Assembly: GCF_036365525.1 (NCBI RefSeq)
Contig: NW_027140989.1
Location: 3,038,001-3,102,000, forward strand
Length of the DNA stretch: 64,000 nt
Source of the DNA: Heterodontus francisci
Lineage: Eukaryota
Direction of reading: 5' to 3'
The position numbers were made by a program, and so were the translations under genes. Under the pieces are notes generated by a model. That model had not been told where the DNA came from. It saw only the letters and a list, made by a program, of their open reading frames with translations, and did no database searches. Positions 51,520-64,000 of the stretch are shown here, piece by piece (the first letter of the stretch is position 1; each line of letters starts with the position of its first letter).

Positions 51520-51690
51520 TCACTTACCCCGGGACCCTGATGTCTCCATTCGCAGCTGATTGAAACAATCTTCCGCTCACACACTGAATGACGCTCAGAG
51601 ACAGTGTTGGGGGAAGGGGAGCGCATGCGCTCTTCTCCTCATGATGACGTCTGCAGTGGGCGGGGCTATACAGCGCGTGCGCAGCTCTCT
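51520..51690 (-). promoter_or_regulatory. Orphan CpG promoter / first exon, copy 3
   Basis: GCGCATGCGC, TGACGTC, GGGCGGGG, CTTCCG; CACTTACCCC is an intact minus-strand donor. Confidence 0.6.
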
Positions 51691-54600
51691 GCAACGAAAA
51701 TAAATGGGAACTTACCCCATTTCACCCTCATCAATGTGTGAACAGTGAAACTGAACATGGGGTTAGGGTGGAAGGGAGGGTGGGGAGGGGTGGAGGGAAT
51801 CTATAACCTAGAAAGCCGGGAGCTGATCCCATTTAGATGTTCAAATTGCCGTCTCCCCCTGCAGGCTGTTTGTTATTATTGAGGCCCTCCTCTCAAAACA
51901 ATCCGACAGAAACATGGGAGGAAGGAGGAAGTCGGTGTGTTTGCTGGGACCTTGTAGAATTCATTTCAGTCATCAAAGGTTTGTCGAACCGGAGTAAAAC
52001 CCGCGATCAATGTGTGTAATACCGAATGGCGGATCTTCATCGTTTCATTCTGAACAAGAGAGACACGGAGCTGCTGCGATTATACCGGACACACAAACAC
52101 AGTGAACATAGAGCCCGTCCCAGAGTTTCAGCTCCCGGTTGTTAAATATCCTCATGTGCACAGTCTTTGCTGTGAATTTTCAGGGCTCAGCTGCCGATTT
52201 CTACTCCTGTATCCCTGAAACGCTCGGAGTCAGGAGATCCTCGAACTCCCTGTTGAAAGATTTATGGACAGGAATTTTTCCAGCCTTTGGTCCAGTCGAT
52301 CATAACCTGCTGTTCAATCATAGTATTATTCACACAATTAATGTGAAATTCTGTTCACCACTCAGGCCTTGAACTCGGTTTGAGCAGATCAACTACTGAA
52401 AGATTCAGCATCTTTCCAGATATAGCAGCCAGAGCTGGATCGAGGGACTCAGGGTTTAATCCTGCACACACACAACAGAAGGAGTGACAGTCATACAGGG
52501 ATGGGAACTGGTATCGTTTCTGTCGCCTACTCACCCAACAGGCAGAGTTAGAGACTGAGAAAACATCCAACCCACTGCAATTCAGTACTGGAGAAATACA
52601 GAGGCTCTTCCACTCCATCCTTCACTCCCATACAGACGGCAGATTGACAGCACAAGGCCTTTCAGGTATCATTTCCGTGACCAAGAGTTTCACTCCGCAT
52701 GATATTAAACAGATATTTATTCTTCATCCTGGAAATACTCGGACTCACTCTTACACTTCGACCAGAGTGTTTTGGCCAAATGAGGAGCCGCCCCTGCACC
52801 CGCTCCCCTGCCTTTTTCAGACAACCTTCCAGTCTCAGCGTCACACACGTTACCAATAATTTGCTTTTGATGAATATGACTCAAAGATTGTTTGCAGCGC
52901 CAATAACTTCAATAATAATGGCAGTGATTTGTACAAATATCCCATATCCTCGACATCACCATAATTCCTTCCAGGCAGAATAGTGAAAGTGCAGGTAAAA
53001 AAAGAAAAATGTTTGCAAGAGATTATGAGAAAATATTAATGAGTAACAACAGAGAGAAACAAAAATCATTGATAAATATACAAAAATACAAAATGATGGT
53101 GCAAGAAATTGCGGACCATTTAGGGATAAAGAAAGGAAATCTCCTTGTGTTGGAAAAGGTAATGAGAGCGTTATATGTCTGTTCACAAAAGCAAGGATGA
53201 AGTTAATGTCCCGGTAGAGGAGGGGTACAGAGATATTGGATAGAATGAAAATAGACAGAAAGGAGGTTCTCAATAGATTGGGATCACTTCACGTTAATGA
53301 GTCCAGATAGAAAGCATCTCAGATTACTGATGCAGATAACAGAATTCCTGACGATAATGTTTGGATATTGAAGTAGATCCAGTTGCCTGAAACAGGGCAA
53401 ATGTTACAGTCCTGTTCTAGAAACGGGAAGGAAAATGCTGGTGACTACAGACCAATTAATTTTATCATCAGTGGTCGAAAACAATTGCAAACAAGTGTCA
53501 AGGATCAAATGAACTTCAACTTGAAGAATGATGAGTTAATAAGGGACAAGCAGTACCGATTTGCTAAGGACAAATCATGTGTGACTAACCTGATTGAATT
53601 CTTGGGGTTGACTTTGCTGAAGGTAGTACTGTAGATATTGGATATCTGCTTTTTGAAAGGCATTCGATCAAGTAGTACATGACAGAGTTACACAGAAAAT
53701 AGAAGTTCATGTTAAAAATTGATACTGGTATGCTGAGATGGTAGTTGGCTAAAGGATAGGAGACAGAGTGTAGTAGTGAACTGATGTATTTTTTAATGTG
53801 AAGACGTATGCAGTCGGCTGACACAGAAACCTTTATTAACAACATTGCTTTCAAGGGACCATAATTTGGAAGTTTGAGGAGGACAAAATACATAGCAATG
53901 TATGTAAATAGTAAAGAGCTGTAAGTTCCAGGTAGATGTTATCTGAAAAGAGGTAAGACAGAGAATACCCAACCTGTCTCACCTTGAGATTCTTGACCAA
54001 GATGGACCTACGAGGTACAGAGTCAAGTTCTGTGATCACGTCAGAGATTTTATTGGGCTTAACTAAGATCTACAAAGTTAATCCTTAACAACAGCAATAA
54101 GTATACAGTAACACTCAGTACTGGTTCTTGCTTCTGAGCTTGCTGGGACATGGACTTCTCTCCTTCTTCTTCTCTTGCTGTGTTGATCATAGTCTATCTT
54201 CTCCTTCTAAGTGTGCCAACAATGTTCTGTTCACCCCTTGCTAAGTGTATCGATGATATCCCCATCACCCTTTCTTTTACCATACTAAGTTCTGAATTGT
54301 TCCGAGTATCCTAATTGGTTCAATCTATACACTTTTCAGATGCTTCCTGTGTCTTTCACATTTAGCAAGGATCCTTGTGTTCCTGGTTCTCGTCTTTCTC
54401 ATAAGGGGTAACATCCTCTCAGTATCCACCCTGCCAAGTGCTCTCAAAATCTTATGTATTTCAGCAAGATCACTTCTCATTCTCCTTAACTCCAATGGAT
54501 ACAGGCCAACCTGTCCAACCATTTCCCAGAAGATAACCCCTTCATCCCAGCGATCAGTCGAGTGAACGTTCTCTGAACTGCTTCTAATGCAATTTCTGTG

Positions 54601-55016
54601 CTTTCATCAGTAAGGAGACCAAAACTACACAGCATTACAGATGCAGTCTCACCAATACCCTGGACAACTGTAGCAAATCTTCCTTACTTTCATAGTCCAT
54701 TCCTCTTGCAATAACTGACATCATTCCATTTGTCTTCCTAAACTCATGTTGTCCGTGCATACTAACTTTTTGTGATTCATGCAACAGATACCCAACTCTG
54801 TCGCGTTGTTTTACTGTATGTTTCAGTTCCATGTTGATTCAGCGCGTTATGAATGAAACGGCTGCAAGTGATAATGTATTCGTGAGGGCCGAGTCAAACC
54901 GAGCTGTAAGACAGTGGGGGATCTCGGACGAAATAAATGAAGCTGCAAGGAGTCAGATTTCATAATTCGTCCCGCCAAATTAGGGTTTTTTTAAATCTTT
55001 GCCTTGTTTTGCTATC

Positions 55017-56480
55017 TGATTTTTAATCTGTACATGTCAGTTTCTGACATGTGTCTGTGAGGTTTACTTTGTACATTTCATTCTCTGCTCTGTGACTGCT
55101 GAATTTATTCTGTATCTGTCAGTTTATGGAAAGTGACTTTGAGTTTTAGTCTGTATCTGTCAGTATTTGGTATATCAATCATCTTAATTATGTGTGTTTT
55201 ATTCTGTATCTGTCAGTGTGTGATGTGCAAGTGTTGGGTTTTCTTTGTACCTGTCAGTTATGGATGAGAGATTTTCACTCTCTACCAGTAAATTTCTTGG
55301 CATTCACTGTGGATTTCACTCTGTGTCTGTCATTCTCTGGTAGTTGAGTGTGGCTTTTATACTGCATTTGCTATTTTCTGACATGTAAATGTAGACTTTA
55401 ATCTTTATCTGTTATTTTCCAGTATGCCAGTCTGGGTATCAATCTGTCACTGTCAGTTTCTCATATGGGAGGGAGGCAGTTATTCTGCACCTGTTACTTT
55501 CTGAAATGTGTGAAGGTTTTTATCTTTCCCTGTCAGTTTCTGGTATGTGATTGTGCCCTTTGTTCTGACCCTTTCTGTGAATGGAATGTGGGTTCTGTTC
55601 CTGTCAGTTTCTGGTGTGTGAATGTGGGTTTATTCTGTATCTTTCAATCTTTGGAATTTGATTATATGTTTTCTGCAGCACCTTTTAGCTTCTGTTAAGT
55701 TAATGAGATGTTAATTCTGCACCTGTCCATTGATAGTATATGAATGTTTATTTTACTCTGTAACTGTCAGTTTTATGAACACGAAGGTGTTCCCCCCACC
55801 CCCCCGATCCCCCGATCCCCCGCCACCCCCCCACCACATGCCAACTTCCAATATATGACTATTGTTTTATTCTATACCTGCCATTTTCTGTATGTGATTC
55901 TGTTTTTTGATCTTTACCTTTCAGTTTCTGTTACTTGAGTGAGTTTTACTTTGCACCAGTTGGTTTCTGGTATGTGTCACTTTTAAGCTGTACCTGTAAA
56001 GTTAAGATATAACACTGTGGGTTTATACTGCATCTTTCAAACTCTAGTGTGTGATATGGGGCTTTTCTCTGAACCTTTCAATTTTTGGTCTGTGTGTTTT
56101 AATCTGCAGCTTACAGTTCCTGATAGGTTTGTGTGCACATTTTCTTTTTTTCTGCAGCTATCAACGTCTACTACACAAGTATGTGTGTTATTCCTCTCAT
56201 TCAATTTCTCTTATTGGAGAATTGATTTTTCTTTGTCCCTCTCAGTCTCTGGTATGTGTCCATGTGTCTTGCGTGGTAACTGCAGTTTCAGTTAGGTGAC
56301 TCTGGTGTTATTCTCTATCTGACAGTCTCTTGCATGTGAGTGGTTTTATTTTCTTCTCTGGAGCTGTCAGTCTCCCTTCTGTGGCTGGAGGTTTTAATCT
56401 TTATATTAACTCTTTAATAATTTGTAAATGTGAATTTTACTCTGTCTGTCTGTTTACTGTATATGGGTATGTTTTTTAAA
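55017..56480 (+). repeat. Degenerate ~41-bp satellite; 55017-55276 is the inverted copy of positions 1-262
   Basis: CTGTCAGTTATGGATGAGAGATTTTC (55251-55276) is the reverse complement of positions 1-26. Confidence 0.8.
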
Positions 56481-56489
56481 ATCATCAGT

Positions 56490-56975
56490 TTCATAGAATC
56501 ATAGAAAATTTAAGTCACAGAAAGAGGTCACTTAATCCCACCTTCATTTGGTCCTGAACCCTGTAGCTTATGGCACTTGAGGTGCATACTCAGAGTACTT
56601 TTGAACCAGTTGAGGGTTCCTGCCTCAACTATCCTTTCAGGCAGTGAGTTCCAGACCCCCAACACCCTCTGGGTGATTTTCTTTCCCTCATCGCCCCTCT
56701 AATTTTTCTACCAATCACTTTAAATCTATGGCCCTCGTCAATGACCTCTCTGTTCAGACCCTTCACCTCCACTCTGTCCAGGTCCCTCAAAATTCTGTAC
56801 ATTTCAATCAGCTCTTCCCTCAGCCTTCACTGTTCCAAAGAGAATAATCCCAGCCTTTCCAACCTTTCCTCACAGCTGCATTTTTTCAGTCCTGGCAGCA
56901 TCCTCGGAAATCTCCTCAGTACCCTCTGTAGTGCAATTATATCCTTACTGTAATGAGGTGACCAGAACTGGTCAC
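56490..56975 (-). mobile_element. CR1 LINE 3' fragment
   Basis: CATAGAATCATAG tail; CACTGTTCCAAAGAGAATAATCCCAGC is the reverse of the LGLFSLEQ motif. Confidence 0.8.
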
Positions 56976-57466
56976 AGTTTCAAGTATGTGAGGGTGAGAT
57001 TCAGTCTCTATTTTACTGTCTCCAGGATGTGTCTCTCTTGTGAGATTGATATAGTGTCTTTCAATCTGATAGTGGGTGTGCTTTTGAATTGAGATTGATG
57101 TACCTAACTTTCAGAAGTACAGAATTGGAATGGAATGCAAACAATGTCTGTCTCTTCTGCTTTGTTTGATTGCTGGATTGAAAATGTGTCTCTGAACTTG
57201 GGATCAGTGAGAGTTTGACGACTTCTGCTCCATGTGACTCTGGAATTAACTGATGGCCTCTGGGAGTGATAACATATCTACTCTGTGTTGTATGGAGCTG
57301 AATGTACATTTCGTTGTGCCTGGGAATCATCACATTCATTCTGTTCCCTTGAAGTATTTGCCTGCAGAAAGGAAGAACAATATCTCTTGTTACTGAAGAT
57401 CAGTTGAGGTGGAAGCTAGAAAAGAGATTAATGTAACATTTCAATTAATAATCATTATTACTGACC

Positions 57467-57577
57467 CGGAACGTTAACTCTGCTTCCTTTCCACAGATGC
57501 TGCCAGACCGCTGAGTGGTTCCAGCATTTCTTGTTTTTATTTCAGATTTCCAGCACCGGCAGTATTTTGCTTTTATT
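57467..57577. mobile_element. 111-bp Penelope-associated fragment flanked by a ~46-bp duplication
   Basis: 57421-57466 is repeated at 57578-57623; single-copy in the paralog at 13417-13462. Confidence 0.75.
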
Positions 57578-58148
57578 AAAGAGATTAATGTAACATTTCA
57601 ATTAATAATCATTATGACTAACCACAAATACTCACCAGAAATACAAAGAATGTCAGTGTCTGATTTCACTGCAGATCTCAGCATCTGCTGACCAGGTGTT
57701 TTGACCGATTTACAACAATTTAGTGACATCCAGAAACAAGCCAACATCTGCACTTCTCCAAGATTGGGACTACCTGAGGGATGTTTGTGCAGATCAGGTT
57801 TCTATTTCCATCTGACATTATAACATAAGAACCTAAGAAGTAGGAGCAGGAGTAGGCCATTCAGTCTCTCGAATCTGATCCACCGTTCAATAGATTATGG
57901 CTGATCTGATCGTGGATTCAGCTCCATTATCCTGCCTGCTCCCAGAACACATTACTCCCATGGAGATCAAAAATTTAACTCATCCTTGAATATATTTAAC
58001 AACTCAGCCTCTACTGCTCTCTGAGGTAGAGAATTCCAAAAAATAATGACGCTTTGAGAGAAGAAATTCCTCCTTCACTCCGTCTAAAATGGGAGATGCC
58101 TTATTCTGAAACTGTGCACCCGAGATCTTGATTCCACTATTCACTGTA

Positions 58149-59088
58149 TCTTTTGGGCCTCCTTATCTCGAGAGACAATGGATACGCGCCTGGAGGTGGT
58201 CAGTGGTTTGTGAAGCAGCGCCTGGAGTGGCGATAAAGGCCAATTCTAGAGTGACAGGCTTTTCCACAGGTGCTGCAGAGAAATTTGTTTCTCGGGGCTG
58301 TTGCACAGTTGGCTCTCCCCTTGCGCCTCTGTCTTTTGTTCCTGCCAACTACTAAGTCTCTTTGACTCACCACATTTTAGCCCCGTCTTTATGGCTGCCC
58401 ACCTGCTCTGGCGAATGCTGGCAACTGACTCCCACGACTTGTGATCAATGTCACACGATTTCATGTCGCGTTTGCAGACGTCTTTATAGCGGAGACATGG
58501 ACGGCCGGTGGGTCTGATACCAGTGGCGAGCTCGCTGCACAATGTGTCTTTGGGGATCCTGCCATCTTCCATGTGGCTCACATGGCCAAGCCATCTCAAG
58601 CGCCGCTGACTCAGTAGTGTGTACAAGCTGGGGATGTTGGCTGCCTCGAGGACTTCTGAGTTGCAGATACGGTCCTGCCACCTGATGCCAAGTATTCTCT
58701 GGAGGCAGCGAAGATGGAATGAATTGAGACGTCGCTCTTGACTGACATACGTTGTCCAGGCCTCGCTGCCATCGAGCAAGGTACTGAGGACACAGGCCTG
58801 ATACACTCGGACTTTTGTGTTCCGTGTCAGTGCGCCATTTTCCCACACTCTCTTGGCCAGTCTGGACATAGCAATGGAAGCCTTTCCCATGCGCTTGTTG
58901 ATTTCTGCATCTAGAGACAGGTTACTGGTGATAGTTGAGCCCAGGTCGGTGAACGCTTAAACCACTTCCAGAGTGTGGTCGTCAATATTGATGGATGGAG
59001 CATTTCTGACATCCTGCCCCATGATGTTTGTTTTCTTGAGACTGATGGTTAGGCCAAATTCATTGCAGGCAGCCGCAAACCTGTCGCA
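58149..59088 (-). mobile_element. 5'-truncated RTE-clade (BovB-like) LINE
   Basis: TKVRVYQACVLSTLLDGSEAWT..RRLRWLGHV..DGRIPKD; absent from the paralogous site at ~13988. Confidence 0.9.
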
Positions 59089-60099
59089 ACACTCACAGTA
59101 AACAGCGTGAAACAGGAGTTAAACCACGAACATGTATTACAGAACTGAGGCGAGAAACAGCAAAGATTTTCAACAGCAGCTTATTCACGTTCTGTCTCAC
59201 TTATCTAGTTCACACACAGGCCGAGAAAGGCCTCTCCATTCCTCCGCTCACTCCATGTTCCGGGATCAGTTCATCCTCCACATTGCCTCTCACAAACAGC
59301 CCGCGACGCCCCCTGAACTTGCCCCGGAGTCAATGGCGATCTCTGATCCAGACTGCGGACAGGGTCCCAAAGCAATGTGCTGCTGGAAGCAGATTGCAGT
59401 TTGCTGCCTTACCCCGAGGCCGTAATATCTCCATTCCCTCTGTTAAAAAGAAACTCTTTCCGCTCACTGAGGTAATGGCGTTCAACAGATTTGCTGGCGG
59501 AGGGGAGCGCGCATGCGTACATTCGCTCATTCACAATCACTGGTCGGGGCGGTGCTGTACCGCGCATGCGCTGCATTCGGCAATAGTTTGAAAAACAAAA
59601 ATCAATCGGAACTTTCTCCAGTTCAGTTTTATCTGATTTTGAGCAATGGAACCGGGACTGTTGGCAAGATTAGAGAAGGTTTCCAGCTGGGAGATGACCC
59701 CTTTACCAAGCTCAACTTGAGATCATTCTCTGCACTATGTTTGCTGTTCATTCGCTCGAATTCTCAAACTGATCCTCCGACGGAGTCGATGTGTTTGCAG
59801 GAATGGGGCAGGAGTTAATATCTGACAGTTACAGTCAGAGATCAATTTAAGCAGATTGTAACTGTCTGTCACTGAGAGTCATAGCAAAGGATTTGAGCTG
59901 AAAGATTACAGAGAGTTCAACAGGGCAGAGAAAGTTACATTTGGGACATTGTATGCCTCACTCACTAACACATTCCCGGACTTTGAGATTAATAATGTGT
60001 CTTCCTCTGGCACCATGTCAGTGAGAGATGAGATTGTAACGTCTGTTTCCCCAGGCGGATCTTTCGAGATAAAACGAATCTTACAGTTCAGCCTAAAAC

Positions 60100-61130
60100 T
60101 CAATAATTACAGGCCAGTCAGTCTAACCTCAGTAGTGGGTAAATTATTGAAATCTATTCTGAGAGACAAGATAAACTGTCACTTAGAAAGGCACATACCA
60201 ACTGAATTGAATTTTAAAAAGGATGTTAGCTGAGGGTGGTACTGTTGATGGATTCCACATGAATTTTAGCAAGGCTCTTGACAGGGTCCCAAAATACAGA
60301 CACTTTATAAAATAAAATTTCATGTGATCCAGGGAAATGCAGCAAGGTGGATGGAAAATTGCCTCAGTGGCAGGAACAAAGAGTAATTGTTGACGGCTGC
60401 TTTTGATACTGGAGGGCTGTTTCCAGTTGTTTTCCCCAGGGCTCAGTAATGGGTCCCCTGTTTTTTTGATGATCTATATGAACAAGTTGGACATAAATGT
60501 TGAGGGACACGATCAAGAAGTTTACAGACGACACCAATATTGGCCGAATGGTAGATAGCGAGGAGGAGTGCTGTGGACTGGAGGAAGATGTTTATGGTCT
60601 GGTCAGAAGGGCAGAAAAGTGGTGCATAGAATTCAACCCGGAGAAGTGTGACGTGATGCACTTGGGGAGGTCAAACAATGCAAAGGAATACACGATTAAT
60701 GAGAAAATACTGAGAGGTGCAGAGGAGGTGAGGGGCCTTGGAGTAAATGTCCACGGATCCCTGAAGGTAACAGGGCAGGGTGAAAATATGGTTAAGAAGA
60801 CATATGGAATCCATTCCTTTGTTAGCCGAGGTACAGAATATAAGAGGAGGAAGGGTATGCTGGAACTTTCTCATCATTGGTTACGCCAGAACTTGAGTTC
60901 TGTGTGCCGTTCTGGTCACCTCATTACAGTAACTGCACGAGAGAGGATACAGAGGAGATTTAACAGGATGTTGCCGGGACTTAAAAATGCAGCTCTGAGG
61001 AAAGATTGGATAGACTGTGGTTGTTCTCCTTGGAACAGAGAAGGCTGACGGGAGATCTGATTGAAATGTATAAAATGTTGAAGGGCCTGGATAGAGTGGA
61101 GCTGAGGGGTCTATTTACCTCAGCAGAGAG
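60100..61130 (+). mobile_element. CR1 LINE RT fragment, paralog of 15005-16030
   Basis: NYRPVSLTSVVGKLL, KFTDDT and FNPEKC.VMHLGR. Confidence 0.9.
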
Positions 61131-61754
61131 CTCAAAACCTGTCCTGGGAACTCTACATTTAGCGAACAGTTCGACATGAGAATGTGTAGATGTGAATATT
61201 GTGTAAGAGAGAGTGTATTAAAGGTGCTGGCGGGTTAGTCTAATGTCACTGTATTTGTGGGACCGGTCTCATCGCCGGATTTCCGAGTCCCTCTTGTGTC
61301 AAGTAACAAGATTTTGCAGTCAAAGAAGCACATTGCTCCCCTTCTCATCCACAAAGTGGAATTCAGTGTAGTTTCTTTGTTCATTTCAAGATTTCAGTCA
61401 AAAAGTGGAGAACATGTCAGTTTTCGGGGGAGAGAGCGCCATCAGTGCAGCAATAAAACGAATTTCAGTCAAAAATGGAGTCTTTACTTCAAGTGCAAAC
61501 TGTTGGACAGCAAGCATTGTCATGTCAGAGACAGGAAGGATCTAGTCTGGGACTCTGCAGTACCCGAATTTCAGTGGTATTGGAGAGTTTAGGACCAGAT
61601 AGAAAAACAGAGAGGCAGCAGGAGCCGGGAGTTGACAGCAGGTTGTCTCCGCCCCCGTCCGCTCACTGCCTTTAAGTTGCTCAGTGCCGCCACCACCGGC
61701 TTCATTTCTGACCCAGTTCTGACTGACAGAGAGAATTTGTGCAGAGTCCCGGAC

Positions 61755-62444
61755 ATGACCGATACAGCAGCCGCCGAAACGGCTCTTCCAGCCGCCGCCG
61801 CTCAAGTCAAGACTCCGAAGAAGAAGAACGCGGCTCCCCGGAACAAGTCAGCTGGTCCCACGTTGAGCGAGCAGATCCTCAAGATTGTGGCGGATTGCAC
61901 CGATCGCAGGGGGTCCTCACTGCCCGCCATAAAGAAGGCTCTGGGTAGGAGCGGTGTGGATGTGGGGAAGTTCAGGACCCAAATCAAGCAAAGTATCAGG
62001 AGGAATGTGAACAAAGGCTCCCTGGTGCACAGCAGCGGTACGGGTGCATCCGGCTCCTTAAAAATCCCTAAGCAGGGAACCAAGGGAAATGTGGGAAAGA
62101 AAGTGAAGTCAGGAGCAGCCAAAAAACCTTTCGAAAAGCAAACAGCTGGCAAGAAAGTGACAGCAAAGAAATCAGCAGGCAAGAAATTACCAGTCAAGAA
62201 ACTAGCAGCCAAGAAATCGGCAGCAAAGAAAGCAGCAGGCAAGAAAGTGGCCAGCAAGAAGGCGGCAACGCCAAAGAAATCCCCAGGGAAGAAAGCAGCA
62301 CTTCCGAAATAGTCTCCTGCGAATAAGGTCAAAAAACTCAAGAGTGCCACGGGCGGAAAGGCGCTCAAGAATGTTCAATCATCAAGGGGCAAGACCAAGC
62401 CGAAAGCAGCAAAGGCTCAGAAAGCAGCCCCTGGAAAGAAGTGA
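61755..62444 (+). pseudogene. H1: Histone H1, copy 2, with a premature TAG (185 of 229 aa)
   Basis: AAG>TAG at 62310-62312; the frame continues open to the ancestral GKK-TGA at 62442-62444; stem-loop at 62481-62496. Confidence 0.88.
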
Positions 62445-63226
62445 AACTGCACGGGAAACTTGTAGACATCTGAACCCAAAGGCTCTTTTCAGAGCCACCC
62501 ACATCTCTCAGGAAAGAGCTGATCCCCCTATCACATGATCCCTGTCCCGCCGCCGTGTGCACATTTCACATAGAAATGATGGGAAGTAAATGCAGGATCC
62601 CTGGTGACTCGTTGACATACACTACACTCAGCCCTTCCCCCACTCTCTGTAACAAAACAGAGGGATGTCCCGGCCTCACTGTAACTGGGGATCTGTTCGG
62701 TACAGTCTCAGTTCATGCTCGTTTCACTAATTCAGAGTGAGAGGGTCTAACACAGGAATACTGGCGAGAAACCCCGAATCACAACTCAAACCCCAATCCA
62801 TGAGTTTCTCTAATTCAGCTGGGATAAGTTGTTAGTAAACTTATCAATCCGTCTGGGAGGGGAGGTGTGTGGAAACGGGTTGACTTGTGATCGGAAGCAC
62901 TGTACTTAGGCGGATATATGATCAACTTTTAATTGTTATAGATCCTTATTAAAAAGCTCCGGGTTTCTGTTATCTTTGACTATAAAGGCCGAGTCTGGAA
63001 GTTTTGTGCAAAGCTCTGTTGTTGAGATTTTTTTTTTTGATTTGGCGGTTCCAGCAAGTGGGAGGTGGAGCTGGAGGATGAAAATCATTTCTCTGTTCTG
63101 TCTGTTACGCAGTTTCCTCTCCGCCCCGCCTCTCACTCTCTGTCCCTTTCTCAGTCAGGTCTGGGCGGGCTGTATAAAAAAGGCAGCAGAAACAGCTCGT
63201 TTCTCATTCAGCAGTGCTTTGAGTGA

Positions 63227-63547
<321 letters not shown>

Positions 63548-64000
63548 ACAAATCCACCCTTTCTACCAAACACAAAGGCTCTTCTAAGAGCCACCCAAAG
63601 ACTCACAGAGAGAGCAGTCATATGGCAACTTGAATTAATAAGATCAAGTTATCTGAATATTGTTTATCTTTATCAACAACTGCTTTTGTACATCATTTCA
63701 TTCTCTCAGCAAATTTACATATCACAGAAGTTTCACTGTCTTTTTCTCTTCATTATTTATCGAACACGTCATGAATTAAACGGTTGCATTTGTTAATTTA
63801 TACGTGAAGGTCTGAACTGCCGGCACGAAGCTAAATTTACTGCCGTTATAGTAAGTAATGACTGGCGCTTTATTCCTGCCAGAGACCACTGTTCAAACTG
63901 TGTTGTAAGACACAGAGGGGGAATCTGGGACGAAAGAAATAAAGCTACAAGGAGTGAGATTTTATAATTGTTCCCGCCAGATTAGGTGTTTTTTAATCTT

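Overview
Vertebrate genomic DNA, most likely a cartilaginous fish. That taxon is inferred from HE1/V-SINE-type SINEs, CR1 and RTE LINE fragments and a shark-type Penelope-associated repeat. The window is a decaying replication-dependent histone cluster embedded in nested segmental duplications. All five histone classes are represented, but only one gene is intact: H3.2 at 19323-19733. The others are two H1 pseudogenes, two H4 pseudogenes, one H3 pseudogene, two truncated H2A pseudogenes, an H2A stub, an H2B 3' remnant and an 'empty' H2B-type locus whose promoter is fused directly to half a stem-loop. Large-scale structure: inverted blocks ~3.36-7.85/18.6-23.5 kb, ~7.65-12.9/49.5-55.0 kb, ~27.0-29.75/31.8-35.7 kb and ~41.1-44.4/46.8-50.7 kb; a direct block ~12.9-19.1/56.9-64.0 kb; and an apparently identical 975-bp tandem duplication. 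Also present are a near full-length dead Hermes/hobo-like hAT transposase with related end sequences, four minisatellite families (29, 40, 41, 46 bp), a tRNA-Gly(TCC) pseudogene, and orphan CpG promoters with splice signals. I see no support for a novel enzymatic system; the interesting signal is architectural and regulatory. Block boundaries were aligned by eye and are approximate, and no percent identities were computed.
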